Positions 61,300 to 64,000 of a stretch of 64,000 nt of DNA are shown in pieces (position 1 is the stretch's first letter; every line of letters begins with the position of its first letter). A model generated the notes under the pieces. It saw only the letters and a program-made list of their open reading frames with translations. It was not told where the DNA came from and did not search any database. The stretch is from NCBI RefSeq assembly GCF_964204865.1, contig NC_135252.1:3596001-3660000 (forward strand). Direction: 5' to 3'. The position numbers were made by a program, and so were the translations under genes. The stretch is from Styela clava (Eukaryota).

Positions 61300-61530
61300 T
61301 ATAAAATCAGCAAAGAACACGAGGCGTGAATGGCTTATAAATTGCTTTTTTTCTCAAACCCTCTATTTTTGTGTGACGTTTGGGCGGTGCGAAACCACGT
61401 GATCGGCAGCCCATTCGTGTGTATCGTAAACAGATGCAAAGATATCCGGGATAAAAAATTCAATATTCGATAATTTCTGCGTTTCTATTCAACTACAATC
61501 AGCGCGGCGTTACAGCAGTGATTGGCATTT
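61300..61530. promoter_or_regulatory. Candidate bidirectional promoter between ZBTB (-) and EFR3 (+)
   Basis: Local CpG enrichment with TGACGT (CRE-like), GGGCGG (GC box), CACGTG (E-box) and ATTGG (CCAAT) between divergently oriented genes. Confidence 0.45.
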
Positions 61531-62048
61531 ACAGATTTAGCCTGCAGTCAAATGAGTGCGGATTTGGTAATGCTGTAATGGAAACAAATGGCAAGTTTTT
61601 ATCCATTATTTTATCGTCTTTTATGCTGATTATGGAGTCAAAATAAACTTTACGCATATGAAAAAAATAAATATGTAGCATTATAGCCTTACCGTACCGG
61701 TAGTTCTCAACCAATCACAGAATGATCCATGGCACACTGCTCGGCCACAAAATATGAAAAATTACTTAAATACAGAAATAATAAATTTAGTTCATTTGTG
61801 TCACTATACACAGATAGATACATCATACAGCTATAGTTAAATTTTGATTGTAGTAGCAATGAATAATGATGGTGCTTCTAATTATTAAAGTTGGAGTGCC
61901 CGTTTTTTCGAAGAGTACCGGTACCGGTATTTTGTTTGTTTGTAGTTTTCCCTGGCATGAAAATGTTAATGGGCCACAAAATTAATCGGTTGAGAACCAT
62001 TGGCCAGATTTTTATTTATTTATAGGAATCATTGGTATTGAGCTGGAC

Positions 62049-62164
62049 CAGTGGTTCCCAAAGTGGGGTCCGCAGATCTTGCAGGACCTCCTGTGGCAGG
62101 GAATCATTAAAAAAATTACAAGGGGTCCGTCATGGATTTTTTTTAAAAAGTTTGGGAACCCCTG
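62049..62164. mobile_element. 116-bp hAT MITE
   Basis: TIRs CAGTGGTTCCCAAA / TTTGGGAACCCCTG; TSD AGCTGGAC/GGCTGGAC. Confidence 0.8.
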
Positions 62165-62536
62165 GGCTGGACCATCGGCCAACATAGTCAACACTAATAT
62201 AGGGTTGAACTCTGATCTGCTTAAAGTTGTTTATCTGGACAATTCAATATCAATGGGATGGGACCACAGTTTCACATTGCACAATTTTGTTAGAATTTAT
62301 TCAAAAATGTATTTAACATACTGATATATGTATATACGGTACATATTGCAGTATTGGATGTAAAATGGCATTGGGGCCACTTTATTTCCTGTGTGCTGTT
62401 TTTTAGACAAAACAAATAACAGTTATTTGGAAAGTATAGCTCGTAGTCGTATACTATGATTTTTATCGATAATGTATGCATTGTTATTTTTTAGGATACA
62501 GTTTAATTATAAACTGATGCAATAGTTACCGAAAAG

Positions 62537-64000
62537 ATGACAACTTGTATGTGCTGTCCTGCTTTTCGTCCTCGTTACAAAAGGCTTGTTGATAATATAT
62601 TCCCAACTACGCATGATGGAGGACTTGTTCGTAGTGAAATGGAAAAATTGACTTACTATGCAGTTTCGGCTCCTGAAAAACTTGATAGAATAGGAGAATA
62701 TCTTGCCCACAGACTAACAAGAAGCATCAGCCGCAAACGAGATGCATCTGTTTTCATAGCAATGGAAGCTCTTGATCAACTTCTTTTAGCTTGTCATGCT
62801 CAGCAGATTAACTCCTTTGTTGAAAGCTTTTTAAGAATGGTTGCCAATCTTCTAGAATCTGACAACCTTGATTTCCAAGCAGTCGGAACAAATTCTTTCA
62901 TCAAATTTTCTATGATAGAAGAGGATACTGCATCTTATCACAGACGCTATGACTTTTTTGTATCAAAATTCAGTGCAATGTGTCATTCTAACTTAGATAA
63001 TATGAGAGATAGAAAAAAGATACAAAGCCATGGCGTTCGCGGTATTCATGGTGTGATTCGAAAAACTGTAGCAGATGAGCTTCAAGTCAATATATGGCAA
63101 AAACAACACATGGACAAAATTGTGCCATCATTACTTTATGTAATGATGCAAGAACAGACACAAGAACCAAGTCCTGGGAGACGAGAATCTTTTGCACACA
63201 ATAAAGACACAGTAGAAAATATTGGCATCAATGCCGGAGATTGCTTACGAGAGTTGTTATCAAGAGCAGCATATGGTAATGTCGGCTCTGCTCTACGTCC
63301 AGCCCTTGCTCATCTCGATGCCCACAAAAAGTGGAATCCAGTGAATACATTTGCAATCAAATGTTTCAAGGTGTTCATGTTTGCGATTCAAGCTCAATAT
63401 ACTCATGTCATTGTAAAAATGCTGCTTGACCATTTGGATGATCAAGATATTGATCAAGGAAAATTGAAAGCGAGTATGCTAGAGGTTCTTTGTGCTGTAG
63501 TTGTTATTCCATCTTCATCACCTATAGGGCCAGCAGTAGTTGAAGTTTTCAGTCAACTTTCGCGCCATCTCAGATATTCAATTGAAAGTAAAAATCACAA
63601 GGAGCAAGAAATTTTTCAAAAGGCTTTTATAAACACTATTGGGGTTTTATGCAATGTTCTACCAGACTTTCAAAAGTTAGAAGCTATGGTGTTTTTTGTA
63701 ACCAAAGCAAAAGAGATTATAAATAAAAACTTACACATTCCGGATTCCAGTGACAAGAAGCATCAACGACTGCTGAATTTAACCCTAAAAAGTCTATATC
63801 GGATCACCGAAAACTATAAAAGTAAAAATCTGTCGGGCCTCAGCTCAAGTTTACTGGACCCACTCATTAAAGTGTCAACTGCTTCATCACCCAGTAATAG
63901 ATTGATTATACAAAATGTTCTTATACGTTTACTCGATAGAGAAAAGAATTCTGATTCGTTAATTGTTTCTAATTCAATTTCTGGTGTAGAAAATATGAAC
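62537..64000 (+). CDS. EFR3: Protein EFR3 homolog (PI4KA complex membrane anchor), N-terminal 488 codons; continues beyond the window
   Basis: MTTCMCCPAFRPRYKRLVDNIFP..MEKLTYYAVSAPEKLDRIGEYL, EALDQLLLACH, EEDTASYHRRYDFFVSKFSAMCH, VIRKTVADELQ; no intron in 1464 bp; N-terminal Cys palmitoylation cluster. Confidence 0.95.
   Translation, partial: MTTCMCCPAFRPRYKRLVDNIFPTTHDGGLVRSEMEKLTYYAVSAPEKLDRIGEYLAHRLTRSISRKRDASVFIAMEALDQLLLACHAQQINSFVESFLRMVANLLESDNLDFQAVGTNSFIKFSMIEEDTASYHRRYDFFVSKFSAMCHSNLDNMRDRKKIQSHGVRGIHGVIRKTVADELQVNIWQKQHMDKIVPSLLYVMMQEQTQEPSPGRRESFAHNKDTVENIGINAGDCLRELLSRAAYGNVGSALRPALAHLDAHKKWNPVNTFAIKCFKVFMFAIQAQYTHVIVKMLLDHLDDQDIDQGKLKASMLEVLCAVVVIPSSSPIGPAVVEVFSQLSRHLRYSIESKNHKEQEIFQKAFINTIGVLCNVLPDFQKLEAMVFFVTKAKEIINKNLHIPDSSDKKHQRLLNLTLKSLYRITENYKSKNLSGLSSSLLDPLIKVSTASSPSNRLIIQNVLIRLLDREKNSDSLIVSNSISGVENMN

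Noticed and set aside
61698-62002. hAT MITE with GTTCTCAACC inverted ends
   Set aside because: TIRs are degenerate and there is no TSD; plausible but not supportable as a feature.

Overview
AT-rich, compact eukaryotic DNA with short GT-AG introns. Operon-like gene packing and the repeat content suggest an ascidian (tunicate) genome; this is an inference. Nine genes were reconstructed by reading exons and checking splice phases: RSRC2 (3' part, +), a CD63-like tetraspanin with a mucin-like insert (+), intronless CDK5 and SAAL1 (-, 76 bp apart), two tandem intronless METTL25B/RRNAD1 paralogs followed by HSPBP1 (+), a 24-exon BTB/11xC2H2 zinc-finger gene (-), and the start of EFR3 (+, runs off the window). 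Intergenic and intronic space is full of DNA-transposon derivatives: hAT elements with 8-bp TSDs, GG-terminated MITEs with 8-9-bp TSDs and a telomere-like motif, a P-like relic, a pogo/POGK-like relic, Harbinger-like MITEs and a Helentron-like element. There is also a tRNA-derived SINE family. The most notable observations are: (1) the tetraspanin has a ~195-aa Thr/Ser/Pro-rich segment inside EC2; (2) a 2.66-kb modular cassette with 395-bp direct repeats and repeated promoter-like blocks is nested in a hAT element that is itself inside a SINE; (3) two candidate trans-spliced operons; (4) a putative recursive-splice exon interrupts the BTB domain. All family calls come from recognising motifs by eye; no database search was run.
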